Assembly (NCBI RefSeq): GCF_900116425.1
Contig: NZ_FPAS01000001.1
Span: 978,767 to 1,042,766 of the forward strand
Direction of reading: 5' to 3'
DNA: 64,000 nt
Origin: Lishizhenia tianjinensis
GTDB taxonomy: Bacteria > Bacteroidota > Bacteroidia > Flavobacteriales_D > Crocinitomicaceae
Shown here: positions 28,901-36,266 of the stretch, one piece after another
Layout of the letters: every line of letters begins with the position of its first letter
Position numbering within the stretch: position 1 is the first letter of the stretch
The notes under the pieces: model-generated
What the model saw: only the letters and a program-made list of their open reading frames with translations
Databases searched by the model: none
Told to the model about the DNA's origin: nothing
Program-made: the position numbers and the translations under genes

Positions 28901-30846
28901 ATTTGAGTTGATTTAGTAACATCCTCTATGCGAAGATTACCTACTATCTCTATCAACATTTCTAATTTCTTCGCCGTAGAAATGATTTTATCTTCTAAGT
29001 TCTTAGCGTCGAAACTTTTGGTTAAACCAGAAATTTCACCGTTGATTTCCTCTACTTTCTCCTCATACACATCCAAGGCTTCTGGACGAATTAAGAAGGA
29101 AATACAATTCTTAGATAATTCTTCTGTTTGCTGGGTGATATCTGCTTCTAGAGCCTCTATCTCTGCTAAGTTAGCATAACGTAAATCTTTTAAGGCTACA
29201 ACTTGACCTTTGATTCCGCGTAATTCGGCCAAATTATCTACATAAGAAGTAATGGTTTTCCCTCTAAAGTATTTGGAATTTTTAAGAATCTCCTGCGCCT
29301 TATGGGAAGTCTCCGCTATACTTTGAGCCGTTTGTTGCTTAATGCTTCTTACTTTCTCAAACTCATCTATAGCCTTAGAGGCTGTTTGACGAATTTGATC
29401 GATAGGTTCACCAATCTTGTGGGCTTCCTCGTGCATCAACCAATGTTGCGTATCTAAGATATCTTGTGTTTTTTTGGTGATATCCACATATAAACCGCCA
29501 AAGCTATCTTCCTTGTTCAAGAGTTTGATTAGCTCCTTACATTCGGCCATGGTACGAACAATGGTTTTGTTCCCTAGCTTGGCCAAGTAACTATCATTCC
29601 CAGTATTTTGCTGTACGTTAACATCTAAAAAGGGCGTTTGCCACACTTGTACACTGTGGTGTTTCTGTTGCTCCTCCTCTGCTCTAAAGTAAACAAGTTC
29701 TCCGTTTTCGAAAAGAGAGAAACCGTTACAGATGATAGGCGTTAACACACTCTGCGCAATCAAATTGTAAGAAAGTAAAATGTAAATTCCACTTTGTTGG
29801 TTGTAGAACACATACATAAAATCTTCTCCATTTGGTGAGTTTATTTTACGCTCAAACAACATCCCATCCAAAGGATTATCAAACAACTTGAATTCTCCCG
29901 TTTGCAAGTAATAGCCTTTCGGGAAAATGATACCATGATCATCTGGGAGAAGTACACAAGCATCTTCTATGGCATCTATGCGCACTACCTCTTGTATCTT
30001 CACGTTGTAGACCAAATACCTGTATTTCTCCTCCTTATAGGGTTTTATTTTCATCACCACAAGGTTTCCGATGACAGCGTATTGTAAATCTACATCATCC
30101 AAGGTTTGATCAGCTTGATCTACAGGTTCGGCATATATACCTTTCCCCGTGTCTGTATTATCTTCTACCTTAACGGTTAAATCACCTCCTGTTGTTTCTA
30201 CAAAGACCAAATCCTCTAAAGAAATATGACCGTGCGTACCTTTGCGCTGCATATCTCTTTTGGCTTTCTTCCACTTAAACTCGTAGCGGTTTGGAAATTT
30301 GTATTCACTATCCGATCGGTTACCATAATAGACCAAACAGTCTGGCGTTATCTTCCACTTAAAAGTTTTGATATCGCTAATGTTCTTCCCGGTTTGAAAC
30401 ACGAAGTAGAGAAAACCATTGATTTCTGCAAATTGAACAAAAGTGGTTTCCTTGTAGTATTTATATAAATTGGCAAAATCTTCGAAGAATTTTTCATCTT
30501 CTAAAAGTGCCAAAGTATCTCTTCTAAAGTTATGTTTTTCATCATCGAAATGATAAAAGGCAAAGACGTCTTCTATCTTTACTTCCTCGCGTAGACCTAT
30601 GTGTACATTGAAGCCGAAAAGCATGCGGTTTCCACCCAAACTAACCATATCTCTGGCGATACAATTGTTGTCTGTAGAAATTTTATCTGCAGAAAGCAGT
30701 TTATTTTCTATAGCTCCGAAAACTGCTTTTCTATCTGTATTTAAATGCTCTAGTCGTTGCGCCAACTCCTCCCCTTGCTTGTTTAATCGCGAGCGGATGA
30801 TTTCGTAGGTTCCACCGTCTAGATTGGTTTGTTCTTCATTGTTCAT
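25966..30846 (-). CDS. Giant (1626 aa) coiled-coil protein with a single C-proximal AAA+ ATPase domain of the AAA_5 / MoxR-dynein-like type
   Basis: ATG start. Walker A 'SPPGYGKTT' sits near aa 1245. Walker B is 'VMIYLDDIQ'. 'VAVIMAGNPYTESGGKFQIPDMLANRADIY' matches the AAA_5 sensor/Arg region. Roughly aa 480-1200 are predicted coiled-coil/helical. The N-terminal ~450 aa form a globular domain of unknown family. Confidence 0.7.
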   Translation of the reverse strand: MNNEEQTNLDGGTYEIIRSRLNKQGEELAQRLEHLNTDRKAVFGAIENKLLSADKISTDNNCIARDMVSLGGNRMLFGFNVHIGLREEVKIEDVFAFYHFDDEKHNFRRDTLALLEDEKFFEDFANLYKYYKETTFVQFAEINGFLYFVFQTGKNISDIKTFKWKITPDCLVYYGNRSDSEYKFPNRYEFKWKKAKRDMQRKGTHGHISLEDLVFVETTGGDLTVKVEDNTDTGKGIYAEPVDQADQTLDDVDLQYAVIGNLVVMKIKPYKEEKYRYLVYNVKIQEVVRIDAIEDACVLLPDDHGIIFPKGYYLQTGEFKLFDNPLDGMLFERKINSPNGEDFMYVFYNQQSGIYILLSYNLIAQSVLTPIICNGFSLFENGELVYFRAEEEQQKHHSVQVWQTPFLDVNVQQNTGNDSYLAKLGNKTIVRTMAECKELIKLLNKEDSFGGLYVDITKKTQDILDTQHWLMHEEAHKIGEPIDQIRQTASKAIDEFEKVRSIKQQTAQSIAETSHKAQEILKNSKYFRGKTITSYVDNLAELRGIKGQVVALKDLRYANLAEIEALEADITQQTEELSKNCISFLIRPEALDVYEEKVEEINGEISGLTKSFDAKNLEDKIISTAKKLEMLIEIVGNLRIEDVTKSTQIIDQISAVYAKFNTCSASLKNKKKELLLVEGKAEFAAQLTLISQSVVNFLDLSSTEEKADEYMNKLMVQLEELESKFVDFDEFVDQVGEKRESIYEAFENRKIYLQEQRGRRTTKLEEGAKRLLKTVENKLKTFKEEAEIQAYYASDLMVEKVRNTVDDLIELGDTVKADDVAAQLKSLKENALRSLKDKKELFANGDDVIQFGNHQFLTNKQKLGLTLIQRGEAMFYHITGTNFFKEVEDEVLNGHKAIWNSSLISENDKVYRGAYLAYLMFKNFGTAELVKLTEEELLEKVRTFMSPRYKENYIKGVHDADALLYLQAFIKQGELNPNIFVNQEVRALARVAWMSMKADFKGELEALIQVNRLVNEVLDTHTFTQVEDELFALLSDILPKKYLSLTKDVAAYLTQELLYDDHFVISSKAYEDYGHLVKKRKSLILDNVEQDKLFHYYQMLQNALENLGYNHAAELSSLMLSKNIGEENVIPVPTIEIDGLKGDHSTIVGGKAQVNLADLFPQIENFIAVYQRDFESLQHRKKELVDTYSKELRLNELEPKVMNSFVRNQLINEVYLPIVGDNLAKQIGAVGANKRTDLMGMLLLVSPPGYGKTTLMEYIANRLGLIFMKINGPSIGHEVTSLDPKQADSTAAAQELRKLNLAFEMGDNVMIYLDDIQHCSPVFLQKFISLADGQRKIEGVFEGQPKTYDFRGKKVAVIMAGNPYTESGGKFQIPDMLANRADIYNLGDIVGGHGNAFASSFIENSLSSHPLLNQIKNNVYEDVKQFVSLAEGKDKELVEFKGQYSAQVVEENVSLFEKMIKVRDVVMKVNELYIQSANQDEVYRREPAFKLQGSYRNMNKIVEKLNTLMNEEELLTLLQSHYENESQTLTADAEANLLKFKSTFGWLNEQEAERWEEIVREFQKRQKTKGYGDDSSAQMMVQLQEIAENLKALAPDKTEALDGFIYTLHQGMDRIAQNLREHMDKE

Positions 30847-30868
30847 TCAAATGAAAATTTAGGGTTAA

Positions 30869-30897
30869 AAAAGGGGAACGTATTTGCTCCCCTTTCC
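30869..30897 (-). terminator. Hairpin plus T-run between flotillin and the giant ATPase gene (internal attenuator/terminator on the minus strand)
   Basis: The minus strand reads 'ggaaaggggagcaaatacgttccccttttttaacc'. Confidence 0.5.
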
Positions 30898-30910
30898 ACA
30901 TAAACTAGAA

Positions 30911-33091
30911 CTAGTTAGGATTGAGCCCTAGGTGCTCTAGGGTACTTTCTCCTAACCCTAAGTTCTGCACCTTAGACATTAAATCTCTAAGCGCGCTTTT
31001 CTTAGTATCTCCATTTGTTTCTACCATCATTTTTGTCAACAAGGCAGTAATGGTAAGGTTTTTCGCATCTTCAGTAGTTAACCCAGAAGAGCTAATTAAG
31101 TTGCGGATCTTGTCCATTATCGTATCTCCTTCGAAGTCGTGAAAGAAGTTATCTTTAATTCCTTCCAACACTTCAGAATTCTCTATCAATCTATCCACAC
31201 GTTTCCCTGTAGTAATAGAACTTGTAATCTTGTCAAAGAAACTTTGGTCACCCCCAACGATATCAATCTTAGCATTCTTAAGTGCTTCACTCAATACGCT
31301 AGCTTGTGCCATGGCAATGTCTTTTTGAACGTCAATTTGCGCCATTTCAACTTGCTTGTCTTTGTCCAATTTCAGTTTGAATTCTTCGTGTTCTTTACCA
31401 ACCGTATCTAATTCTTTCATGGCTTCCGCTTTCTTCAAGATACCTTCAGCGTCTGCTGTGTATCTTTCACGCTCTACGGTAACTGCAGCCAATCCGTCTT
31501 TCTCTTTGGCAGTAGCTTGTTCTAACATCACTTGCGCTTCTGTCATACCACGCTCTCTATCCACTTCAACTCTAGCTTTACCAACTTTCAATTCAGCTTC
31601 AGCCGTTGCCAATCCTTTCGCTTCTATACCTTTTGCTTCCGCTAAAGATTGAACTTCTGTAACGTGTGCTTCTGCATCCCCTTGTTTTTCTCTGGCATCT
31701 GCTTTAGCCGACATTACTTGCGCCTCAGCCAAACCAGTAGAAGCAAATTCAGAAGCTTTGGCATCTGCCATTATCTTAATTGCCTCGGCTTTTTGTGCCG
31801 CACTCTGTTGTTCTGCTTCCGCTTCAATCAACATGCGTTTTGCGTTGAATTCTGCAGCTTGTTTTGCAGCCTCAGCAGCTTTGATACGTTGCACTAAGTT
31901 TTCCTCTGCAGCTTGTTCAGCAGCCGTAACCGCCACACGTTTGTTTCTATCCGCTTCAGCAAGTGCTTGGGTATCTTTGATTTTTTCTTCTTCTTCAACA
32001 ACCGTTTTCTGAATGGCTACTCTATCACGTATAACCTCTTGGATGTTTTTCTTTTCTTCTTCGATAGATTTTTCTTTTTCTATCTGTGCCAAAGTAACCA
32101 CGCGTTCTCTTTCGTTCGCTTCTAAAGCTCTGTCTTTTTCTACACGCTCCGTTTCTATGGCTTCTGTACGTTCTTTGTTCTTCGCGGCAACAATTACCTG
32201 ACGTAACTTGTTTTCTTCTGCCACTTGAATTTCTTCTTCTGCGGCAATACGCGCAAATTCAGATTTCTTGTGTTCTTCAGAACGCACCTTATCAATTTCA
32301 GCTTGTTCACGGGCACGAATAGTAGACACCTCTTTACGCTGAGATTCTTCTTTCTCGGCTAATTGTCTTTCCAATTCTAAAATTGCTTCACGTGCCTCAA
32401 CATCTTGTTGTTTGATTACCTTTTGTTCTTCACGCATGATCTTGTTAGCCTTGATCTTTTGCGCTGCAGTTAAATCTGTAATCTTCTTGATACCTTCTGC
32501 ATCCAAAATGTTCTTTTCATCGAGGTGTGTTACCGGTGTTTGCTCCAGGTAATCAATCGCTGTATCTTCTAAGGTATATCCATTTAAGTCTTGCTTAATT
32601 GCTGCTGCAATCTCTAACCTGAATTCATCACGCTTCTCGTATAATTCAACGAAATCAAACTTCTTACCTACCGTTTTTAAGGCATCAGAGAATTTAGCAT
32701 CGAATAATTGAATTAACGTTTCTGGGTGAGAAGCTCTTTTACAACCTATAGACTGCGCTACTTCTCTTACTTTTTCTTCATCTCCGTTTACTTTAAGGAA
32801 GAAGGTTACTTTTATATCTGCACGTAAGTTATCCTTACATACCAAACCTTCTTTACCTTGTCGAGCAATTACGATACTTTTCACAGAGATGTCCATGATC
32901 TCCAAGCTGTGCAATACAGGGATAACAAACATACCGGTTTTAGAGACTCTTACACCTCCACCAGTTCTTACAAGTACTTGACCTTGTTGTGGTTTTTTAT
33001 ACCACTTTGCGAGCATAACGAGGATGCCCAGGAAGATAACAGCTGCAATAATGGCAACCACCATCCCTTGTTCTAGGATACTAATTAACAT
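30911..33091 (-). CDS. Flotillin-like SPFH/band-7 protein (YqiK type) with an extended C-terminal coiled-coil
   Basis: N-terminal TM 'MVVAIIAAVIFLGILVMLAKWY'. The SPFH core is 'GQVLVRTGGGVRVSKTGMFVIPVLHSLEIMDIS'. Long EA/AE-rich heptad repeats bring it to 726 aa. Confidence 0.8.
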   Translation of the reverse strand: MLISILEQGMVVAIIAAVIFLGILVMLAKWYKKPQQGQVLVRTGGGVRVSKTGMFVIPVLHSLEIMDISVKSIVIARQGKEGLVCKDNLRADIKVTFFLKVNGDEEKVREVAQSIGCKRASHPETLIQLFDAKFSDALKTVGKKFDFVELYEKRDEFRLEIAAAIKQDLNGYTLEDTAIDYLEQTPVTHLDEKNILDAEGIKKITDLTAAQKIKANKIMREEQKVIKQQDVEAREAILELERQLAEKEESQRKEVSTIRAREQAEIDKVRSEEHKKSEFARIAAEEEIQVAEENKLRQVIVAAKNKERTEAIETERVEKDRALEANERERVVTLAQIEKEKSIEEEKKNIQEVIRDRVAIQKTVVEEEEKIKDTQALAEADRNKRVAVTAAEQAAEENLVQRIKAAEAAKQAAEFNAKRMLIEAEAEQQSAAQKAEAIKIMADAKASEFASTGLAEAQVMSAKADAREKQGDAEAHVTEVQSLAEAKGIEAKGLATAEAELKVGKARVEVDRERGMTEAQVMLEQATAKEKDGLAAVTVERERYTADAEGILKKAEAMKELDTVGKEHEEFKLKLDKDKQVEMAQIDVQKDIAMAQASVLSEALKNAKIDIVGGDQSFFDKITSSITTGKRVDRLIENSEVLEGIKDNFFHDFEGDTIMDKIRNLISSSGLTTEDAKNLTITALLTKMMVETNGDTKKSALRDLMSKVQNLGLGESTLEHLGLNPN

Positions 33092-33113
33092 AAGTTTTTA
33101 ATTAAAGCTAATA

Positions 33114-33773
33114 TTAGGCATTAGCATAGGGTTCTACTAAATATGTGTTTTGATCTTTATTGAAGGAAATAACAAGGATGCTATCTCCTTTGATAAGCGA
33201 AGATCCACGCTTAGTTTCTATATAAATGGTATGTACATTCTGGTTGTTTTCTACTTTGGCCTGACCGTGTTTTCCTTCAGTATCTATCAAGGTTACTTTT
33301 CCTACAGAACCCGTTAAGTCTTTCGACATAGATTCTTTCTCCAAAGAGGCGAACATCTTTACAAAAGGAAAAGTTAGAAATTTGGCAAGGATGGCACAAC
33401 CAATAATACAAGGTATAAGGGTAAGCAATCCAAACAGAAAGCTTTCTATACCAAAAATCTCATTAACGCTTACTTGAACAAACCACAGACTTAAGGTAAA
33501 GAAACTAAACCATAACATGAGAGGTACTCTTCCTATATTTAGGAAACGAAGGATGAACATAAGCCAAGACAAATCTCCTGAAGAAGCCACACCTGTTTCG
33601 GCGTCTACCTCAATTTCAACATCTGCATCCATGTCTATTTCAACATCAACATCTAGGAAGTTTAAATCGAGTACACCCATGATAACGGTGATCCAATAGA
33701 GCACGACGAGTACGAGGAGGAAACTAGCAAAGAAGTTTGCTCCATTAAACGACATGTTTAATAATTCAAGCAT
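33114..33773 (-). CDS. NfeD-like membrane protein (YqiJ type; C-terminal OB-fold)
   Basis: Multi-TM N-terminus with an acidic loop 'DVDVEIDMDADVEIEVDAE'. C-terminus 'GKVTLIDTEGKHGQAKVENNQNVHTIYIETKRGSSLIKGDSILVISF' is a NfeD-type beta-barrel. A 22-bp gap separates it from flotillin. Confidence 0.7.
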   Translation of the reverse strand: MLELLNMSFNGANFFASFLLVLVVLYWITVIMGVLDLNFLDVDVEIDMDADVEIEVDAETGVASSGDLSWLMFILRFLNIGRVPLMLWFSFFTLSLWFVQVSVNEIFGIESFLFGLLTLIPCIIGCAILAKFLTFPFVKMFASLEKESMSKDLTGSVGKVTLIDTEGKHGQAKVENNQNVHTIYIETKRGSSLIKGDSILVISFNKDQNTYLVEPYANA

Positions 33774-33861
33774 TTTATGGTTTTACAGTTAGTAATTTAT
33801 CCAGTGGTTCAGTGAGTAATAGTAGAAAGGTAAGGGAGGATATTTCACCTCCCTTGAAGGA

Positions 33862-34566
33862 TTACATTCCCATTTTTTTCTTCAAAGCTTCTAAAGACTC
33901 AGAGGCTTTACTTTCATTTGCTCCTTCATCGATAGCTTTGTCTAATTCTTCATCGATAGATCTACTTTCGTTGGCAATATCAGCATAAGATTCAGCCAAA
34001 GCTTCTTCTTGCGCTACCTTTTCCTTCATTCTTTCTAACATAGAAACTGTAGAAGAAGAATCGATGTTTGCCAATTGTTTGTTGATGTTTTTCGTTGCGC
34101 TACTCACCTTCGCTCTCGCTTTCAAGGTTTTCAACTCGTTCTCGTATTTTGCAATACTAGATCTCAAACTCTTTACATTTCCATCTAACTTAGAAACGTG
34201 TGCTTCAAACTTCTCTCTATCTGTTTTTGACTGATTCGCCAACTTCATAGTTTCTTCCTTACGAACCAAAGCTTCACTTGCCAATCTATCTGCTTCTGCA
34301 GCATCCATAGAACCAGCTTTCGCTTTTTGAAGAATCAACATGGCTTTCTTTTCGTAGTCTTCCGCTTTTTGTACTTGCGTCTCAGCATCATTCTTTGCTC
34401 TAATAGAAAGTGCTTTCACTTCTGCTAAAGCTTGTAATGCTTTTTCCAAATCTTTTTTCAAGTCTCTAATCCCCTGCTCTGTCATTTTGATTGGGTCTTC
34501 TAAACTATCTATTGCTGAATGCGCCTCAGCTTTACCTATATTAAATAATCTCTTAAAAATGTTCAT
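33862..34566 (-). CDS. pspA: PspA/IM30 (Vipp1/LiaH) family protein
   Basis: 'MNIFKRLFNIGKAEAHSAIDSLEDPIKMTEQGIRDLKKDLEKALQALAEVKA' is the canonical PspA N-terminus. All-helical, 234 aa. Confidence 0.85.
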   Translation of the reverse strand: MNIFKRLFNIGKAEAHSAIDSLEDPIKMTEQGIRDLKKDLEKALQALAEVKALSIRAKNDAETQVQKAEDYEKKAMLILQKAKAGSMDAAEADRLASEALVRKEETMKLANQSKTDREKFEAHVSKLDGNVKSLRSSIAKYENELKTLKARAKVSSATKNINKQLANIDSSSTVSMLERMKEKVAQEEALAESYADIANESRSIDEELDKAIDEGANESKASESLEALKKKMGM

Positions 34567-34578
34567 TTTTTCTGTGTA

Positions 34579-34974
34579 TTAATGTTTTGAAAATTCTATA
34601 ATTTCATCTGAGTACTCACTCAGTAATAAGGAAAGTGCGTTGATTGATCCTTCTAATTCATTCAAATCTAAATTTTCTAATTGAAGGGTATCTCTAAACA
34701 AAACTCGCTTTCCATCTTCTGCTAAAACAAAAGCTCCATGTACAATATCTCTGTTCTTGATCAACAATTTCTTGAATACGTCCGTGTCTCCATTTGGTAT
34801 CTCGAAAATGTATTGTTCCATGATTAAAATTGGGTCGGCACAACCGATTACAAGATTCTTTATTCCGTCGATTTCGCTTTCTATGACGAAAACTTCATCT
34901 TCTTTATCTTCTTTTACAATCATGTAATCCAATTCTTGCAAATAGGCTCTCACCTTTTCATAGTCCTTTGCCAT
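34579..34974 (-). CDS. YbjN-like domain protein (T3SS-chaperone-like fold; putative sensory transduction regulator family)
   Basis: 131 aa. 'VRAYLQELDYMIVKEDKEDEVFVIESEIDGIKNLVIGCADPILIMEQYIFEIP' fits the YbjN pattern. First gene of the minus-strand operon, 12 bp from pspA. Confidence 0.5.
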   Translation of the reverse strand: MAKDYEKVRAYLQELDYMIVKEDKEDEVFVIESEIDGIKNLVIGCADPILIMEQYIFEIPNGDTDVFKKLLIKNRDIVHGAFVLAEDGKRVLFRDTLQLENLDLNELEGSINALSLLLSEYSDEIIEFSKH

Positions 34975-35172
34975 TGTATAGTGTTTAAGTTTATGTGTTA
35001 TAAAAATAGAAATTAATCCATGTTATCGCGTTTTTCTGAAAGAAACACTAAGGCCCAGGACCATTTTCTACCGTAATACTTTGTATATTCATGATAATAT
35101 TTTTAGATTCACGAAGTAAATATACTAATATTTTTTACAATTGCTAAAATTATTAGCTAATTTTTCAAGATT

Positions 35173-35814
35173 ATGATTTCAAAGATTGGAAAAAACATCA
35201 AAAAGATACGTAAGGTTAAAAACTTAAACCAGCAAGCAATGGCAGATTTACTGGGGCTTTCACGTCCTTCTATTGGTGCTTATGAAGAAATGCGTGCTGA
35301 ACCAAAAATTGAATCTCTAATAAAATTAGCAAATCACTTCAAATTAGATTTGGGTCGATTAATCAATGAAGACCTAACAGTAAATGAAATTCACGGATTT
35401 AAACAAGCCGAGGAACTTGTTTTGGACAACAAGCCTATAAAATCTCCGGCAAAACCAAAGACTTTTCCTTATTTGATCTTGAAGAACAACAAACTAAGTC
35501 TGCAAAAGGTAGAATTAACTTGGCCTTTAGCCACCAATAAAAAAGTTCTGGGTGTGCAAGAAACAGCCCAACTCTGCAGTATTTATAAGGAAGTAAACGC
35601 AGGGAATTTCAATCCTAAAGAAAGTTGCCTTGTTCAAAAAGGTAAAGAATTCCATTATAACGTAAAACTGGTAGAGAAGGAAAATGAACTTTACTTTAAA
35701 GAAGAATTAGTGGATGGAAACAAGGTGATCGCTTTTCAAATTTTAGAAACGCAACACAATGTGGATGAAAGATTGAAACGCTTGGAAAGTATACTTTCTA
35801 AATTAAGTCTATAA
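35173..35814 (+). CDS. XRE-family HTH transcriptional regulator with an uncharacterised C-terminal domain
   Basis: 'IKKIRKVKNLNQQAMADLLGLSRPSIGAYEEMRAEPKIESLIKLANHFKL' is a Cro/C1-type HTH. Divergent from the pspA operon. Confidence 0.7.
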   Translation: MISKIGKNIKKIRKVKNLNQQAMADLLGLSRPSIGAYEEMRAEPKIESLIKLANHFKLDLGRLINEDLTVNEIHGFKQAEELVLDNKPIKSPAKPKTFPYLILKNNKLSLQKVELTWPLATNKKVLGVQETAQLCSIYKEVNAGNFNPKESCLVQKGKEFHYNVKLVEKENELYFKEELVDGNKVIAFQILETQHNVDERLKRLESILSKLSL

Positions 35815-35816
35815 AA

Positions 35817-35845
35817 AAAGGGGAGCTAAACACTCCCCTCTTTAT
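35817..35845. terminator. Bidirectional hairpin terminator
   Basis: 'aaaggggagctaaacactcccctcttt' lies between the convergent genes. Confidence 0.6.
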
Positions 35846-35861
35846 ATCTCTCCGTAATTTC

Positions 35862-36110
35862 TTACATCAACTTTGTAGCTAAAGCTTCAACTTTATCAGA
35901 AATCTCAGCTCTGATTTGTTTGAACTCAGCTTTTGTTGAAGAAGCGTTGATTTTAGCGATCATTTCATTTCTGAAATCTACAGCTTCATCAATAATTTCG
36001 TTCGTCTTTTCAGTTTTAGACTCATCCCATAATTGTTGACTAAATCCTTCTTCTACTATATCAAAGATTGCGTAATTGAAATCTCTTTTTAGGTTCTTAA
36101 CACTTGCCAT
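35862..36110 (-). CDS. Small helical hypothetical protein (82 aa)
   Basis: The internal ATG 'MASVKNLKRDF' is preferred. The ORF-track N-terminal extension to 36224 translates AT-rich promoter-like sequence. Confidence 0.4.
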   Translation of the reverse strand: MASVKNLKRDFNYAIFDIVEEGFSQQLWDESKTEKTNEIIDEAVDFRNEMIAKINASSTKAEFKQIRAEISDKVEALATKLM

Positions 36111-36266
36111 AATTAAAATATTTTGCACAAAAGTAAGTATTCTAGTTGTGTCTATAGATATACTTGAAGAGAAAAACCCTTTCAAAAATGTCGTGTTCAA
36201 ATCTTTCCTTTTAAAAAACAGCATTACAGACTTCTAAATAAGGAGAGTTCATTAATTTTGCGCCAC

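Noticed and set aside
26371-30808. Eight short same-region antisense ORFs inside the giant ATPase gene
   Set aside because: They are nested opposite a continuous 4.9-kb ORF with clear AAA+ motifs. None shows a signal peptide, TM helix or domain-like pattern.
31139-32201. Stack of six antisense ORFs (62-98 aa) inside the flotillin gene
   Set aside because: They lie within the Ala/Glu-rich coiled-coil repeat, where the opposite strand is stop-poor by composition. The translations are low-complexity Ser/Ala/Phe strings. The flotillin frame is the coherent one.
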